This document shows, one piece after another, positions 1 through 9,814 of a DNA stretch of 64,000 nucleotides. This stretch comes from Rhodanobacteraceae bacterium (lineage in GTDB: Bacteria; Pseudomonadota; Gammaproteobacteria; Xanthomonadales; Rhodanobacteraceae): NCBI GenBank assembly GCA_025928585.1, contig JAICJG010000001.1:548-64547 (forward strand). Direction: 5' to 3'. The number at the start of each line of letters is the position of its first letter. Positions within the stretch are counted from its first letter, which is position 1. Under the pieces are notes generated by a model. That model made no database searches. It saw only the letters and a list, made by a program, of their open reading frames with translations, and was not told where the DNA came from. The translations under genes and the position numbers were made by a program.

Positions 1-421
1 TGATGGAGCTGATCTGCACGATCCGGCCCCACTTCCGCGCGCGCATGCCCTCGATGATCGGCCGGGTGACGTTGAAACAGGCGTTCAAGTTGGTGTTCAC
101 CACGTCCACCCACTGCTGGTAGGTCATCTTGTGAAAGGTGGCGTCGCGGGTGATGCCGGCATTGTTGATCAGGATTTCGACGGGACCGAGTCGCGCCTCG
201 ATCTCGCGGACCATTTGCTCACAGGACTGCGGATCCGACACGTCGCCACCGACGGTGAGCACCTCGATGCCTTCGCCGGCAAGTTGCTCCCGCCACGCCC
301 GCGTCTTTTCCTCGTTGCGATAGTTGGTGGCGAGCTTGTGTCCCATCCTGGCCAGCCGCCGGACGATCGCGGTACCGATGCCGCCGGTACCCCCCGTAAC
401 CAGTGCCACGCGTGCGCTCAT
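1..421 (-). CDS. phbB: Acetoacetyl-CoA reductase (SDR family), N-terminal part only; the gene runs off the left edge
   Basis: Manual reverse translation from the ATG (revcomp of 419-421) gives MSARVALVTGGTGGIGTAIVRRLA...ILINNAGITRDATFHKMTYQQWVDVVNTNLNACFNVTRPIIEGMRARKWGRIVQISSI. It has the TGxxxGIG Rossmann motif and the NNAGITRD / TNL / FNVT / WGRIV.ISS blocks typical of PhaB-type reductases. It is absent from the ORF track because it is open at the window edge. Confidence 0.8.
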   Translation of the reverse strand, partial: MSARVALVTGGTGGIGTAIVRRLARMGHKLATNYRNEEKTRAWREQLAGEGIEVLTVGGDVSDPQSCEQMVREIEARLGPVEILINNAGITRDATFHKMTYQQWVDVVNTNLNACFNVTRPIIEGMRARKWGRIVQISSI

Positions 422-515
422 GTCGGCCCCCGGCCCTGTGGTGTGGCCCCATCCTACCCGCTTCGCAAGCGGATGGGCGCGGCTTTGCAGGATGATTGCG
501 CGCGCGCGACCGGGA

Positions 516-1394
516 TCAGCTCGGTGCCTGCGGGTCGGCTTTGCGCGATACGATCCCGCGCAGCGGCGCCGGGTCGAAGGCGTCCGCCGCCGCGCACAGC
601 ATCGCTCCCGGATCGCGCACTTGGGGGACCGCCTGGCCGAGGAACCGCAGGGCGCCAGCAATCGCAGCCCGCGGATCGCGCGCCTCGACCGGCGGCGCGT
701 CGGTCGCTTTGGAAAGTTTGCAGCCGCACGCATCGACCGCGACCGGCAGGTGCAGGTACGCGGGCGTCGGAAGTCCCAGCATTCGCTGCAGGAGGATCTG
801 CCGCGGAGTGGAATCGAGCAGGTCCGCGCCGCGCACGACCTCCGTGATCCCCTGGAAGCCGTCGTCCACGACGCAGGCGAGCTGGTAGCTCCACAATCCG
901 TCAGCGCGCTTCAGCACGAAATCGCCGACCGCATCGCGCACGTTCTGGCGTTGCGGGCCCTGCAACACGTCCTCGAACTCGATGTCGGCGCGGGGTACGC
1001 GCAGCCTCCACGCGGGTTCCTGGCCATCACGCGCCGGGGCAATGCAACGCCCGTCGCGATGCGCGGCGCCGGCGGCCCCGAGCTCGGCGCGGCTGCACCA
1101 GCATGGAAATGCGGAGCCGTCGTCGCGCAGCCGTTGCAGGGCGGCGGCATAGGCGGCGCCGCGCCGCGACTGAAAGAGCGCTGGCGCGTCGGCCCCGACT
1201 CCCAGCCGTTCCAGCGTGGCGAGGATCGCCGCGGCGGACCCGGGCACCTCGCGCGGTGGATCGATGTCCTCGACCCGCAGCAGCCACGCGCCACCCGCGT
1301 GGCGCGCCCGCAGCCAGCTCGCGAGGGCCGCCACCAGCGACCCGAAGTGCAGCTTGCCGGTGGGGGAGGGTGCGAAGCGGCCGCGGTAAGCCAA
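516..1394 (-). CDS. gluQ: Glutamyl-Q tRNA(Asp) synthetase (truncated GluRS paralog)
   Basis: Track ORF 516..1772(-) contains YRGRFAPSPTGKLHFGSL, WLLRVEDID, QLACVVDDGFQGITEVVRGADLLDSTPRQILLQRMLGLP and KLSK. The first 126 codons of the track ORF overlap the divergent OPT gene and are rejected. A TTG at 1394 preceded by AAGGGAG gives M-AYRGRFAPSPTG. Confidence 0.85.
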   Translation of the reverse strand: MAYRGRFAPSPTGKLHFGSLVAALASWLRARHAGGAWLLRVEDIDPPREVPGSAAAILATLERLGVGADAPALFQSRRGAAYAAALQRLRDDGSAFPCWCSRAELGAAGAAHRDGRCIAPARDGQEPAWRLRVPRADIEFEDVLQGPQRQNVRDAVGDFVLKRADGLWSYQLACVVDDGFQGITEVVRGADLLDSTPRQILLQRMLGLPTPAYLHLPVAVDACGCKLSKATDAPPVEARDPRAAIAGALRFLGQAVPQVRDPGAMLCAAADAFDPAPLRGIVSRKADPQAPS

Positions 1395-1518
1395 GCGGAC
1401 TCCCTTGCGTGATGGTGCGAGGCGGCTAGTATGCGGCGGATGCGGTTCGGCGGGAGCGCCGGCCGTGTCATGCCGCGCGCCGCCGGGCCGCGGTCCCTTC
1501 GATCCAGGGGAGCACAGC

Positions 1519-3582
1519 ATGAACGCCGTTTCCGGTTTGCCCAGGCAACGTGAACTCACCATCCGCGGCGTGATCATCGGCATCGTGATCACGATCGTGT
1601 TCACCGCCGCCAACGTGTACTTCGGGTTGAAGGCGGGGTTGACGTTCTCGACCTCGATCCCGGCCGCGGTGATTTCGATGGCGATCCTGAAGGCGATGAA
1701 GGACGCGACCATCCAGGAAAACAACATCGTGCAGACGGTGGCCTCGGCGGCGGGCACGTTGTCGTCGATCATCTTCGTGCTGCCGGGTCTCGTGATCGTC
1801 GGCTACTGGACGGGATTTCCCTTCTGGACCTCGGTCGGGATCTGCGCGACCGGCGGCATCCTTGGCGTGATGTACACGATCCCGTTGCGGCGCGCGCTGG
1901 TCACCGATTCCGATTTGCCCTATCCGGAAGGCGTGGCGTGCGCCGAGGTGCTGAAGGTCGGCAGCGCAGGATCCGAGGACATCGGCCGGATGGGCGAGGC
2001 GGAGACGGTGCCGGTCGCCGCCGACCGCAGCGGGCCCCAGGCTCCCGATCCGGCTGCGGCCGCCCAGGCCGGCAGCGCGGGCCTCAAGGCCGTGCTGTGG
2101 GGCGCGATCATCTCGGCCGCCTTCTACGTGATCGTGCAGACGCGGGTGTTCGCCGCTGCGGTGACCGACTATTTCCGGGTGGGCGGCGCGCGTGGCGGCG
2201 CCACCGGCTTCGACTTCGGCCTGTCGTTCGCGTTGTTCGCGATCGGGCACCTGGTCGGGCTCTGGGTGGGCGTCGCGATGCTGGTCGGGGCGGCGATTGG
2301 CTGGGTCTGGGCGGTGCCGTACTTCACGCACGTGCACTGGGCCGCGGGCGCGGCGGCGACGGTGGCGCAGGACGGCTGGAGCCACTACGTGCGTTTCATC
2401 GGCGCCGGCGCAATCGGCGTGGCGGCCATCTGGACGCTCGCCAAGCTGGTGAAGCCGCTGGCGAGCGGACTTGCAGGCGCGATGCGGGCTTCGCGCGCGC
2501 GCAAGGCCGGCACGCTGCACGAACTGCCGCGCACCGAGCACGACATGCCGATCGGACTCGTGGGGCTGATTTCCGTGATCTGCTTCGTTCCCATCGCCTT
2601 CCTGCTGTGGCATTTTGCGATCACCAACGGCCTCGGCGCCGCGATCGCAACGCTGGTGATCGGCGGCGTGGTGTTCGTGGTGCTGCTGAGCTTCCTGGTG
2701 TCGGCGGTTTGCGGCTACATGGCGGGCCTGATCGGATCCTCGAACAGCCCGCTCTCGGGCGTCGGCATCCTGGTCGTGGTGGTCGCGGCGCTGTTGCTGG
2801 TGGTCGGCGTGAAGCCGTTCCTGCCGGCGGGCGCCGACAAGGCGCTGGTCGGGTTTGCCCTCTTCATCACCGCGATCGTGTTCGCGGTGGCCTCGATCGC
2901 CAACAACAACCTGCAGGATTTGAAGACCGGCCAATTGGTCGATGCGACGCCCGCGCTGCAGCAGTGGGCGCTGGTGATCGGCGTACTCGTCGGTGCGGTG
3001 GTGATTCCGCCGGTGCTGGACCTCCTGCAGCACAGCTATGGTTTCCTCGGTGCGCCCGGCGCGAATCCCGCGACCGCGCTTCCGGCGCCGCAGGCCGGCC
3101 TGATCTCGGCGCTGGCCAAGGGCGTGATCACCGGCGCGGTGCCGTGGGACATGATCGGCCTCGGCGCCGCAATCGGTGTCGGGGTGATCATCCTCGACGA
3201 GGTGCTGGGCCTGACAAGGAAGGGACCGCGGCTGCCGCCGCTGGCGGTGGGGCTCGGCATCTACCTTCCGACTTCGACCACGCTGATGGTGGTCGTGGGT
3301 GCGCTGGTCGGCGCCTGGTTCGACCGCCGCGCCGAGCGCAAGCCGAACGGCGATGCGACCAAGCAGCTCGGTATTCTCCTGGCCTCCGGGCTGATCGTCG
3401 GCGAGAGCCTGCTGGCGGTGATCTTCGCCGGCATCGTCGGGTTCAGCGGCAGGCAGGCTCCGATCGCGCTGGTGGGCAGTTCGTTCGCGACCCCTTCGAT
3501 CATTCTCGGCGGCGTGGTGTTCGCCGTGCTGGTGATCGTCCTCTACCGCTGGATCATCCGGATGGGCCGCGCGGCGGCTTGA
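1519..3582 (+). CDS. OPT-family oligopeptide transporter
   Basis: Track ORF 1405..3582. The ATG at 1519 gives MNAVSGLPRQRELTIRGVIIGIVITIVFTAANVYFGLKAGLTFSTSIPAAVISMAILK, a characteristic OPT N-terminal block. The protein is very hydrophobic and multi-spanning throughout. Confidence 0.85.
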   Translation: MNAVSGLPRQRELTIRGVIIGIVITIVFTAANVYFGLKAGLTFSTSIPAAVISMAILKAMKDATIQENNIVQTVASAAGTLSSIIFVLPGLVIVGYWTGFPFWTSVGICATGGILGVMYTIPLRRALVTDSDLPYPEGVACAEVLKVGSAGSEDIGRMGEAETVPVAADRSGPQAPDPAAAAQAGSAGLKAVLWGAIISAAFYVIVQTRVFAAAVTDYFRVGGARGGATGFDFGLSFALFAIGHLVGLWVGVAMLVGAAIGWVWAVPYFTHVHWAAGAAATVAQDGWSHYVRFIGAGAIGVAAIWTLAKLVKPLASGLAGAMRASRARKAGTLHELPRTEHDMPIGLVGLISVICFVPIAFLLWHFAITNGLGAAIATLVIGGVVFVVLLSFLVSAVCGYMAGLIGSSNSPLSGVGILVVVVAALLLVVGVKPFLPAGADKALVGFALFITAIVFAVASIANNNLQDLKTGQLVDATPALQQWALVIGVLVGAVVIPPVLDLLQHSYGFLGAPGANPATALPAPQAGLISALAKGVITGAVPWDMIGLGAAIGVGVIILDEVLGLTRKGPRLPPLAVGLGIYLPTSTTLMVVVGALVGAWFDRRAERKPNGDATKQLGILLASGLIVGESLLAVIFAGIVGFSGRQAPIALVGSSFATPSIILGGVVFAVLVIVLYRWIIRMGRAAA

Positions 3583-3835
3583 GAAATCGCGGCCGCATCA
3601 CCAATTTGGCCGAGATCGGCCCCGCGTCTCATTTTTTCGTCGTCATCCCGGGACCGACCGCGCCGTTTGCGGACGGAACCCGGGATCCAGCGCCTTGTTC
3701 TCGATTCGAGAAAACACTGGATACCGCCTTCGATCAGCGATCAAGCCGGCGATGGCCCCGGGATGACGAGAATTTTCTGTGCTGTGGCCCGTACCATCGC
3801 CAAGTCCGTACATCCTTTCTCATGGAAACGCCGTC

Positions 3836-5707
3836 ATGAACACCGCTACCGAAACCCGACCCTTCGAAGCCGAGGTCACGCAGGTCCTGCGCCTGGTGAC
3901 CCACTCGCTGTATTCGCACAAGGAGATCTTCCTGCGCGAACTGGTTTCCAACGCCTCCGATGCCTGCGACAAGCTGCGTTTCGAGGCAATCGGCAAGCCC
4001 GAGCTCCTGGGTGATGATGCCGAGCTGCACATCGACGTCGAATTCGACAAGGAGGCCGGCACCGTCACGGTGCGCGACAACGGCATCGGCATGAGCCGCG
4101 AGGAAATCGTCGCCAACCTCGGCTCGATCGCGAGTTCCGGCACCCGGCGCTTCCTCGAATCGCTCTCCGGCGAGCAGCAGGCCGACGCGCGCCTGATCGG
4201 TCAATTCGGCGTCGGCTTCTATTCCGCCTTCGTGGTGGCCGACAAGGTGACGGTACTGTCGCGCCGGGCGGGGGCCGTCGACAACGAGGGCGTACGCTGG
4301 GAGAGCGATGGCCAGGGCGAGTATTCGCTGGCTGCGGAGGAAATCGCCGCGCGCGGTACCAGCGTGATCCTGCACCTCAAGGAGGACGAGAAGGAGTTCC
4401 TCGACAACTGGAAGCTGCGTGACCTGATCCGCAAGTACTCCGACCACGTCGCCTTCCCGATCCGGATGAAGAAGCAGCAGGATGGCAAGCCGACCGGGGA
4501 ATGGGAGACGGTCAACGACGCCTCGGCATTGTGGGCCAAGCCGAAGTCCGAGATCAGCGACGACGATTACAAGGCCTTCTACAAATCGCTCGGCCACGAC
4601 TTCAACGATCCGCTGGCGTGGAGCCACAACCGCGTCGAAGGCAGCCAGCGCTTCACTACGCTCCTGTATCTCCCGGCGCAGCCGCCGTTCGATTTGCTGA
4701 TGGGCGCGCGCGACGAGCGCAAGGGTGTGAAGCTCTACATCAAGCGCGTCTTCATCATGGATGCGGCCGAGGAATTGCTGCCGAACTACCTGCGGTTCGT
4801 GCGCGGCGTGGTGGACGCGGATGATCTCCCGCTCAACGTCAGCCGCGAAATCCTGCAGCACAACCGCCAGATCGAGCGGATCAAGGCGTCCTGCGTCAAG
4901 CGCGTGCTGGACCTGATCGAGAAGCTCGCGGCCAGCGAACCGGAGAAGTTCGAGACGTTCCGCAAGTTCTTCGGCAATACGCTGAAGGAGGGCATCGTCG
5001 AGGATCCGTCGAACCGCGAGCGCATCGCGAAACTGCTGCGCTTCGCGTCCACCAGGGACGAAGGTGGCGAGCAGAAGGTGTCGCTGGACGACTACGTCGC
5101 GCGGATGCAGCCGGGCCAGGAGGCGATCTGGTACGTCACCGCCGACAGCTACAAGGCCGCGGCCGGCAGCCCGCAGCTCGAAGCCTTCAAGGCCAAGGGC
5201 ATCGAGGTACTGCTGATGTTCGACCGGGTGGACGAGTGGATCATGGGCCAGTTCGGCGAATACGAGGGCAAGACGTTCCGCAACGTCGCCAAGGGCGAGT
5301 TGCCGCTTGACGAGGCCGACAAGAAGAAGCAGGAGGAAGTCGCGAAGGAAGCCGAGCCGCTGGTCGCAAAACTGAAGGAACTGTTGGGCGACCGCGTGTC
5401 GGAAGTCAAGGTGTCGGCGCGCCTGACCGATTCACCTTCGTGTCTTGCGCTGGGAGACTACGACCTCGCGCCGCATCTTGCACGTCTGCTGCGTGAGGCG
5501 GGCCAGGAAGTTCCAGAGTCGAAGGCAACGCTGGAAATCAATCCTGCGCATCCTTTGGTCAAGCGTGTCGAAAGCGAGGCCGACGACGCCAGGGCGAAGG
5601 ATCTTGCGCTGCTGCTGCTCGAACAGGCCGAAATCACCGCCGGCGCGGCATTGCCCGACCCCGCGGCGTTCGTGCAACGGATGAACCGTCTGCTGGGCGG
5701 TTCATGA
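3836..5707 (+). CDS. htpG: Molecular chaperone HtpG (Hsp90)
   Basis: [40 protein letters not shown] and [17 protein letters not shown] are GHKL/Hsp90 signatures. ATG at 3836 ([14 protein letters not shown]). Confidence 0.95.
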   Translation: MNTATETRPFEAEVTQVLRLVTHSLYSHKEIFLRELVSNASDACDKLRFEAIGKPELLGDDAELHIDVEFDKEAGTVTVRDNGIGMSREEIVANLGSIASSGTRRFLESLSGEQQADARLIGQFGVGFYSAFVVADKVTVLSRRAGAVDNEGVRWESDGQGEYSLAAEEIAARGTSVILHLKEDEKEFLDNWKLRDLIRKYSDHVAFPIRMKKQQDGKPTGEWETVNDASALWAKPKSEISDDDYKAFYKSLGHDFNDPLAWSHNRVEGSQRFTTLLYLPAQPPFDLLMGARDERKGVKLYIKRVFIMDAAEELLPNYLRFVRGVVDADDLPLNVSREILQHNRQIERIKASCVKRVLDLIEKLAASEPEKFETFRKFFGNTLKEGIVEDPSNRERIAKLLRFASTRDEGGEQKVSLDDYVARMQPGQEAIWYVTADSYKAAAGSPQLEAFKAKGIEVLLMFDRVDEWIMGQFGEYEGKTFRNVAKGELPLDEADKKKQEEVAKEAEPLVAKLKELLGDRVSEVKVSARLTDSPSCLALGDYDLAPHLARLLREAGQEVPESKATLEINPAHPLVKRVESEADDARAKDLALLLLEQAEITAGAALPDPAAFVQRMNRLLGGS

Positions 5708-5724
5708 AGGCCCAGAGCTTGTCT

Positions 5725-5756
5725 CCTTCCCCTTCAGGGGGAAGGTCGGGGTGGGG
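5725..5756. repeat. REP-like GC hairpin, family A (ccttcccc-ttcag-ggggaagg followed by tcggggtgggg)
   Basis: An 8-bp stem was read directly. It lies just after the htpG stop and belongs to the same family as 5897, 13974, 14051, 21146 and 32508. Confidence 0.75.
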
Positions 5757-5792
5757 TTGAACGTGGCCTCGAAAACCCATCCCCACCCCAGG

Positions 5793-6302
5793 TTGCTACT
5801 CTCGGCGTCCCTGCCTCGAGGAGCCACCCGGCCCTCTGCTCCTGCTTCGGGCGTTCATCCGCGCGCGGACCTGCGGTCCGCAAACCCGCCGATTCGCCCC
5901 CTTGAAGGGGAGGGAGCCGGGGGCACCCGCATCGACGCATGGCTCTGGGCCGCGCGCTTCTTCAAGACGCGCTCGCTCGCAAAACAGGCCGTCGAGCGTG
6001 GCCGGGTGGCGGTCGCGGGCGCATCCTGCAAGCCGGCGCACCTCGTCCGGGTCGGCGATTCGCTGCGGATCACGCGTGGCGAGGAGACGTTCGAAGTCCG
6101 GGTGCTGGCACTCTCCGTCAAGCGCGGCTCGGCCGCGCTCGCGCAAACGCTCTACGGCGAATCGGAAGCTTCCGTCCGTGCACGCGAGGATGCGCGGGCG
6201 CAGCGCCGAGCCGAGCGCGGCGGCTACCAGCCGCCGCCGAAACGTCCGGACAAGCGCGCGCGCCGGCTGATCCGGGCGCTCGGCGACCTCGACAGCCGCT
6301 AG
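5793..6302 (+). CDS. hslR: Heat-shock protein 15 (ribosome-associated, S4 domain); start codon uncertain
   Basis: RIDAWLWAARFFKTRSLAKQAVERGRVAVAG...KPAHLVRVGDSL and the C-terminal PPPKRPDKRARRLIRALGD match the Hsp15 pattern (E. coli RLDKWLWAARFYKTR...RPDKKERRDL). No ATG/GTG/TTG lies in frame between 5796 and the S4 core (about 5925). The TTG at 5793 is the last canonical start. Confidence 0.7.
   Translation: MLLSASLPRGATRPSAPASGVHPRADLRSANPPIRPLEGEGAGGTRIDAWLWAARFFKTRSLAKQAVERGRVAVAGASCKPAHLVRVGDSLRITRGEETFEVRVLALSVKRGSAALAQTLYGESEASVRAREDARAQRRAERGGYQPPPKRPDKRARRLIRALGDLDSR
5897..5925. repeat. REP-like GC hairpin, family A (cccctt-g-aagggg followed by agggagccggggg)
   Basis: Read directly. 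It lies inside the putative 5' end of hslR. Confidence 0.7.
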
Positions 6303-7603
6303 TCGGCAACCCTGCTGCCGCCGGCGCGTACCTGCCACACGTACAACGGGATCCCGAGCGCCAGCAGCACGAAATTCCAGTACACGGCGTCCTTGCCGGC
6401 TCCGATCACCGCCCACAGCGAAAAGGCGAAGGCGGCGCAGGCCAGCGCCGCCTCGCGCGCGGGCAGCGCGCGGCCCGCCCGGCGCGCCAGCACGATTTCC
6501 GCCATCGTCGAAAAGAGGTACGCCACCACGATGCTCAAGGTGCTGAGCAGCACGATGAAGGTGAACATCGCGATCATCCCGTGGGTGTAGTTGGCCAGCA
6601 CCACGAGGCTGGTCAGGGCGGCGGCAACGAGCAGCCCGAGCGTCGGCGTCGCGCGTGACGACTCGCGCGCGAACAACTGCGGAAACAAGCCGTCCTTTGC
6701 CACCGCCTGCGGGAATTGGCCGGCGATCAGGATCCAGCCGTTCAACGCTCCGAAGCAGGAGACGGTCGCGGCGCCCGCGATCAGCAGGCCCGCCCAGCCG
6801 CCCCAGAGCAGGCGGCCCGCATCCGCAAAGGGAGCGTGGGAATGTTCCAGCTCGCCGGCGGGCACGACACCCAGCACCGCGGTGGTGCACGCGATGTAGA
6901 ACACGGCAGCGATCGCGGTGCCCAGCAAGGTGGCGCGCGGGATCGTGCGCCCGGGGTCGCGCACGTGGCCGGCGGGGATCGTGGCGGACTCGACGCCTAT
7001 GAAGGCGAACAGGGTTGCCGCGACGCAGACGTTGATTGCGTTCATCGCCGAGCCGGCACGCGGGCCCGGCGCCAGCAGGTGCGGATCGAAATGCACGAAG
7101 CCGAACAGCGCGAGCGCCAGCAGCGGCGAGATTTTCAGGATCGTGGTCACGACCTGGACCGCGCCCGCGCTGCGGACCCCGGCGACGTTGACCGCGGTGA
7201 GCACCCAGATGGCCGCCAGCGCCGCGAGCGCGCCGAACAGGGGCGTCGTCCCGATCACGGGAACGAGCGCCGACAGGTAGCTGGCGAAAGCCACCGCGAT
7301 CGCGGTGTTGCCGCCGACCAGACCGACCCAGTAGATCCACGCCACCAGGAAGCCGACGCAATCGCCGAAGGCTTCGCGGCTGTAGGCGTAGGGACCGCCC
7401 GCGCGGGGCGCGCGCTTCGCGAGCCGGTAGAACACGCCGGCCAGCAGCAGCGCGCCGATGGCGCTGACCGCCCAGCCGATCAGGCTGTAGCCGCCGTACG
7501 GCGCGAGCGAAGCGGGCAGCAGGAATACGCCGGACCCGATCATGTTCCCGAGCACCAGCGCAGTCGCGGTCACCAGGCCGACCTTGCGTTTCGAGACGTC
7601 CAT
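6299..7603 (-). CDS. APC-superfamily amino acid permease (basic amino acid/polyamine antiporter-like)
   Basis: ATG at 7603 gives MDVSKRKVGLVTATALVLGNMIGSGVFLLPASLAPYGGYSLIGWAVSAIGALLLAGVFYRLAKRAPRAGGPYAYSREAFG, the typical APC N-terminus. It appears to have about 12 hydrophobic spans. Confidence 0.85.
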   Translation of the reverse strand: MDVSKRKVGLVTATALVLGNMIGSGVFLLPASLAPYGGYSLIGWAVSAIGALLLAGVFYRLAKRAPRAGGPYAYSREAFGDCVGFLVAWIYWVGLVGGNTAIAVAFASYLSALVPVIGTTPLFGALAALAAIWVLTAVNVAGVRSAGAVQVVTTILKISPLLALALFGFVHFDPHLLAPGPRAGSAMNAINVCVAATLFAFIGVESATIPAGHVRDPGRTIPRATLLGTAIAAVFYIACTTAVLGVVPAGELEHSHAPFADAGRLLWGGWAGLLIAGAATVSCFGALNGWILIAGQFPQAVAKDGLFPQLFARESSRATPTLGLLVAAALTSLVVLANYTHGMIAMFTFIVLLSTLSIVVAYLFSTMAEIVLARRAGRALPAREAALACAAFAFSLWAVIGAGKDAVYWNFVLLALGIPLYVWQVRAGGSRVAD

Positions 7604-7883
7604 GGGCCCCCGTTTGGCACCGCCGGCTGGAACTGCCGCGCGATTGTACGCGCCCACGCGAAGCGGTGCGCTGCGGGCGGCAGCGGCTGCGGGCGGCGAC
7701 AGCCAGCGCGGGTTGCAGCATCACCGCGGCGCTGCGTGCCGGACGGCTCCGGATCCGCGCATGCGCGGTCGTGCAGGAGAACGCGCGGCGGCGACCCTGT
7801 AAGATGCGCGGTTGCTGCTCCGGGTCACGCTGTGCCGATCCGCGAGACGGCCGTCTGCATTTTCCTATCGGTTTCGGATCCGC

Positions 7884-8810
7884 ATGCCCCATCCCTTTTT
7901 CGTCGACATCGACCCCGTCGCCTTCCACATCGGCTCGTTCGGGGTGCGCTGGTACGGCTTGATGTACCTCGGTGGTTTCGTCGGGGGGCTGTTGCTCGGT
8001 GAATACCGGCGGCGGCGCGGCAGGCTCGCGGTGGACCGCGAGGCGTTCCTCGACCTCGCGTTCTACGCGATGCTCGGCATCATCGTCGGCGGCCGTGTGT
8101 GGTACATGCTGACCTACCAGCCGATCGACTGGATCTGGACCGATCCGCTGCAACTGTTCCGGGTGTGGGACGGCGGGATGTCGTTCCACGGCGGCCTGCT
8201 CGGCGTGCTGGTCGCGAGCCTCTGGTGGTGGTGGCGGCATCGCGCGACGGTGACCCACTATTTCGACGTCGTCGATTTCGTGGCCCCGCTGGTGCCGATC
8301 GGACTCGGGCTCGGGCGGATCGGGAACTTCATCAACGGCGAGCTGTGGGGCAAGCTCAGCGACCTGCCGTGGGCGATGATCTTTCCGCACGCGCTGCAGG
8401 AAAACCCTCGTTTCGCGGGCATGGACGTCGCGCAATTGCACGCGCTGTATCCGTCCGGCGTGCTCGATGCGTACGCGCGCCAACCGTCGGAGTTGTACGA
8501 GTTCTTCCTGGAAGGCGTGGTGATGTTCACCGTGCTGTTCGTGTTCTCGATCAAGCCGCGCCACCGCTATGCGGTTTCGGGGCTGTTCGCGCTGCTGTAT
8601 GGCTGCTTCCGCTTCGCGATCGAGTTCATCCGCGAACCCGACCCGCAACTCGGCTACCTGTTCCACACCGGCTGGCTGACCATGGGCCAGGTGCAGTCGC
8701 TGCCGCTGATCGTGGTCGGCCTGGTGCTGCTTTGGATGTCACGCAACGCGCCGGTTGCGGCGCAGCGTCCGGAGGTTGTCGGCGAACGACGGCAGGCAAA
8801 GGTCGCTTGA
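7884..8810 (+). CDS. lgt: Phosphatidylglycerol-prolipoprotein diacylglyceryl transferase
   Basis: ATG at 7884 (MPHPFFVDIDPVAFHIGSFGVRWYGLMYLGGF). Lgt signature blocks are FRVWDGGMSFHGGLLG and GLGRIGNFINGELWGK. Confidence 0.93.
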   Translation: MPHPFFVDIDPVAFHIGSFGVRWYGLMYLGGFVGGLLLGEYRRRRGRLAVDREAFLDLAFYAMLGIIVGGRVWYMLTYQPIDWIWTDPLQLFRVWDGGMSFHGGLLGVLVASLWWWWRHRATVTHYFDVVDFVAPLVPIGLGLGRIGNFINGELWGKLSDLPWAMIFPHALQENPRFAGMDVAQLHALYPSGVLDAYARQPSELYEFFLEGVVMFTVLFVFSIKPRHRYAVSGLFALLYGCFRFAIEFIREPDPQLGYLFHTGWLTMGQVQSLPLIVVGLVLLWMSRNAPVAAQRPEVVGERRQAKVA

Positions 8811-8813
8811 CCG

Positions 8814-9806
8814 CTACAGCCACTTCGCGCGTTTCAGTACCACGTACAGCGTCACGCAGATGACGATGGTCGCGATGATGATCGCGGGGTAGGCGTAGCG
8901 GTTGGCGAGCTCCGGCATGTTGTGGAAGTTCATGCCGTACCAACTCGCCAGCAGGGTCGGCGCGGCGAGCAGTGCGGCCCAGCCCGCGAGGCGCTTGACG
9001 ACCTCGTTCTGGCGCACGGTGATCAGCGACAGGTTCACGTTCATCGCCGCACCGAGCATTTCGCGCATCGAATTGATGGCGTCGCTGACCCGCATCACGT
9101 GGTCCTGCACGTCGCGAAAGTACGGCCGCACGGCGTCGCGGATCACCTCCGGGTGCAGCCGCACCAGTTGGCCCATGATGTCCTGCAGCGGCGCGGCAGC
9201 GAGCTTCAGCGTCAGCAGCTCGCGCTGCATGTCGTAGAGCCGGCGCGACACGTCGCGGTTGGCAATCTCGCCGAAGATGTCCTGCTCCAGTTCCTGCAGT
9301 TCCTGCTTGAAGTCCTGCACGATCGGCAGGTAGTTGTCGACGATGAAGTCGAGCACGGAGTAGAGCGCGTAACTCGGGCCGAGGGCGAGGTGCGCGGGCG
9401 CCTGTTCGCAGGCCCGGCGTGCCGGCACGTAGGAGAGCGAGGCGCCGTGGCGCACGGTCAGCAGGTAGCGCTTGCCGATGAAGAGGTGGGTTTCCCCGAA
9501 CGCGATGGTGCCGTTGGTCATCTGCGCCGTCTGCGCGACGACGAACAGCGAGTCGCCGTAGGCCTCCAGCTTGGGGCGCTGGTGTGCGTTGTGCGCGTCC
9601 TCGACTGCGAGCTCGTGCAGCCCGAATTCGCCCTGGAGCTTTTCCAGCAGCGGCTCGTCGGGCTCGACCAGACCGACCCAGACGAAACCATCCGGCCGCG
9701 CGAGGAAGTCGCTGATCTCGTCGAGGGTGATGTCGCGGATCTTGCGGCCATCCGCGCCGTACGCGGCGCAGTTGGCGACGGAGTGCACGCCGGCGGCTTT
9801 GTCCAT
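8814..9806 (-). CDS. corA: Magnesium/cobalt transporter CorA
   Basis: ATG at 9806 (MDKAAGVHSV...). It has FGLHELAVEDAHNAHQRPKLE, the C-terminal WYGMNF (GMN motif) and two terminal TM helices. The upstream part of track ORF 8814..11057 is rejected. Confidence 0.92.
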   Translation of the reverse strand: MDKAAGVHSVANCAAYGADGRKIRDITLDEISDFLARPDGFVWVGLVEPDEPLLEKLQGEFGLHELAVEDAHNAHQRPKLEAYGDSLFVVAQTAQMTNGTIAFGETHLFIGKRYLLTVRHGASLSYVPARRACEQAPAHLALGPSYALYSVLDFIVDNYLPIVQDFKQELQELEQDIFGEIANRDVSRRLYDMQRELLTLKLAAAPLQDIMGQLVRLHPEVIRDAVRPYFRDVQDHVMRVSDAINSMREMLGAAMNVNLSLITVRQNEVVKRLAGWAALLAAPTLLASWYGMNFHNMPELANRYAYPAIIIATIVICVTLYVVLKRAKWL

Positions 9807-9814
9807 GCGCCGGA

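Noticed and set aside
3583-3835. Sigma-32 heat-shock promoter upstream of htpG and a rho-independent terminator after the OPT gene
   Set aside because: I found no convincing CTTGAAA-N13-17-CCCCAT match. The ggccga-ga-tcggcc stem at about 3609-3622 is short and is separated from the T-run at 3632-3637, so neither element is supportable by eye.
5796-8666. 956-aa ORF on the minus strand spanning hslR, the permease gene and lgt
   Set aside because: Its translation is Arg/Ala/Pro/Gly-rich and low complexity, with no recognisable motifs. It overlaps three well-supported genes, either antisense or in an alternative frame on the same strand. This is typical of stop-codon-poor alternative frames in high-GC DNA. 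The same reasoning rejects 25744..29436 (1230 aa), 44123..46744 (873 aa), 39876..42170 (764 aa), 53916..55403, 57074..58945 and many shorter track ORFs.
8808-8816. Convergent lgt and corA stop codons separated by only 3 nt, with no room for a terminator
   Set aside because: The observation is real, but this is common in compact genomes. Termination can occur inside the opposing gene, so nothing suggests a special mechanism.
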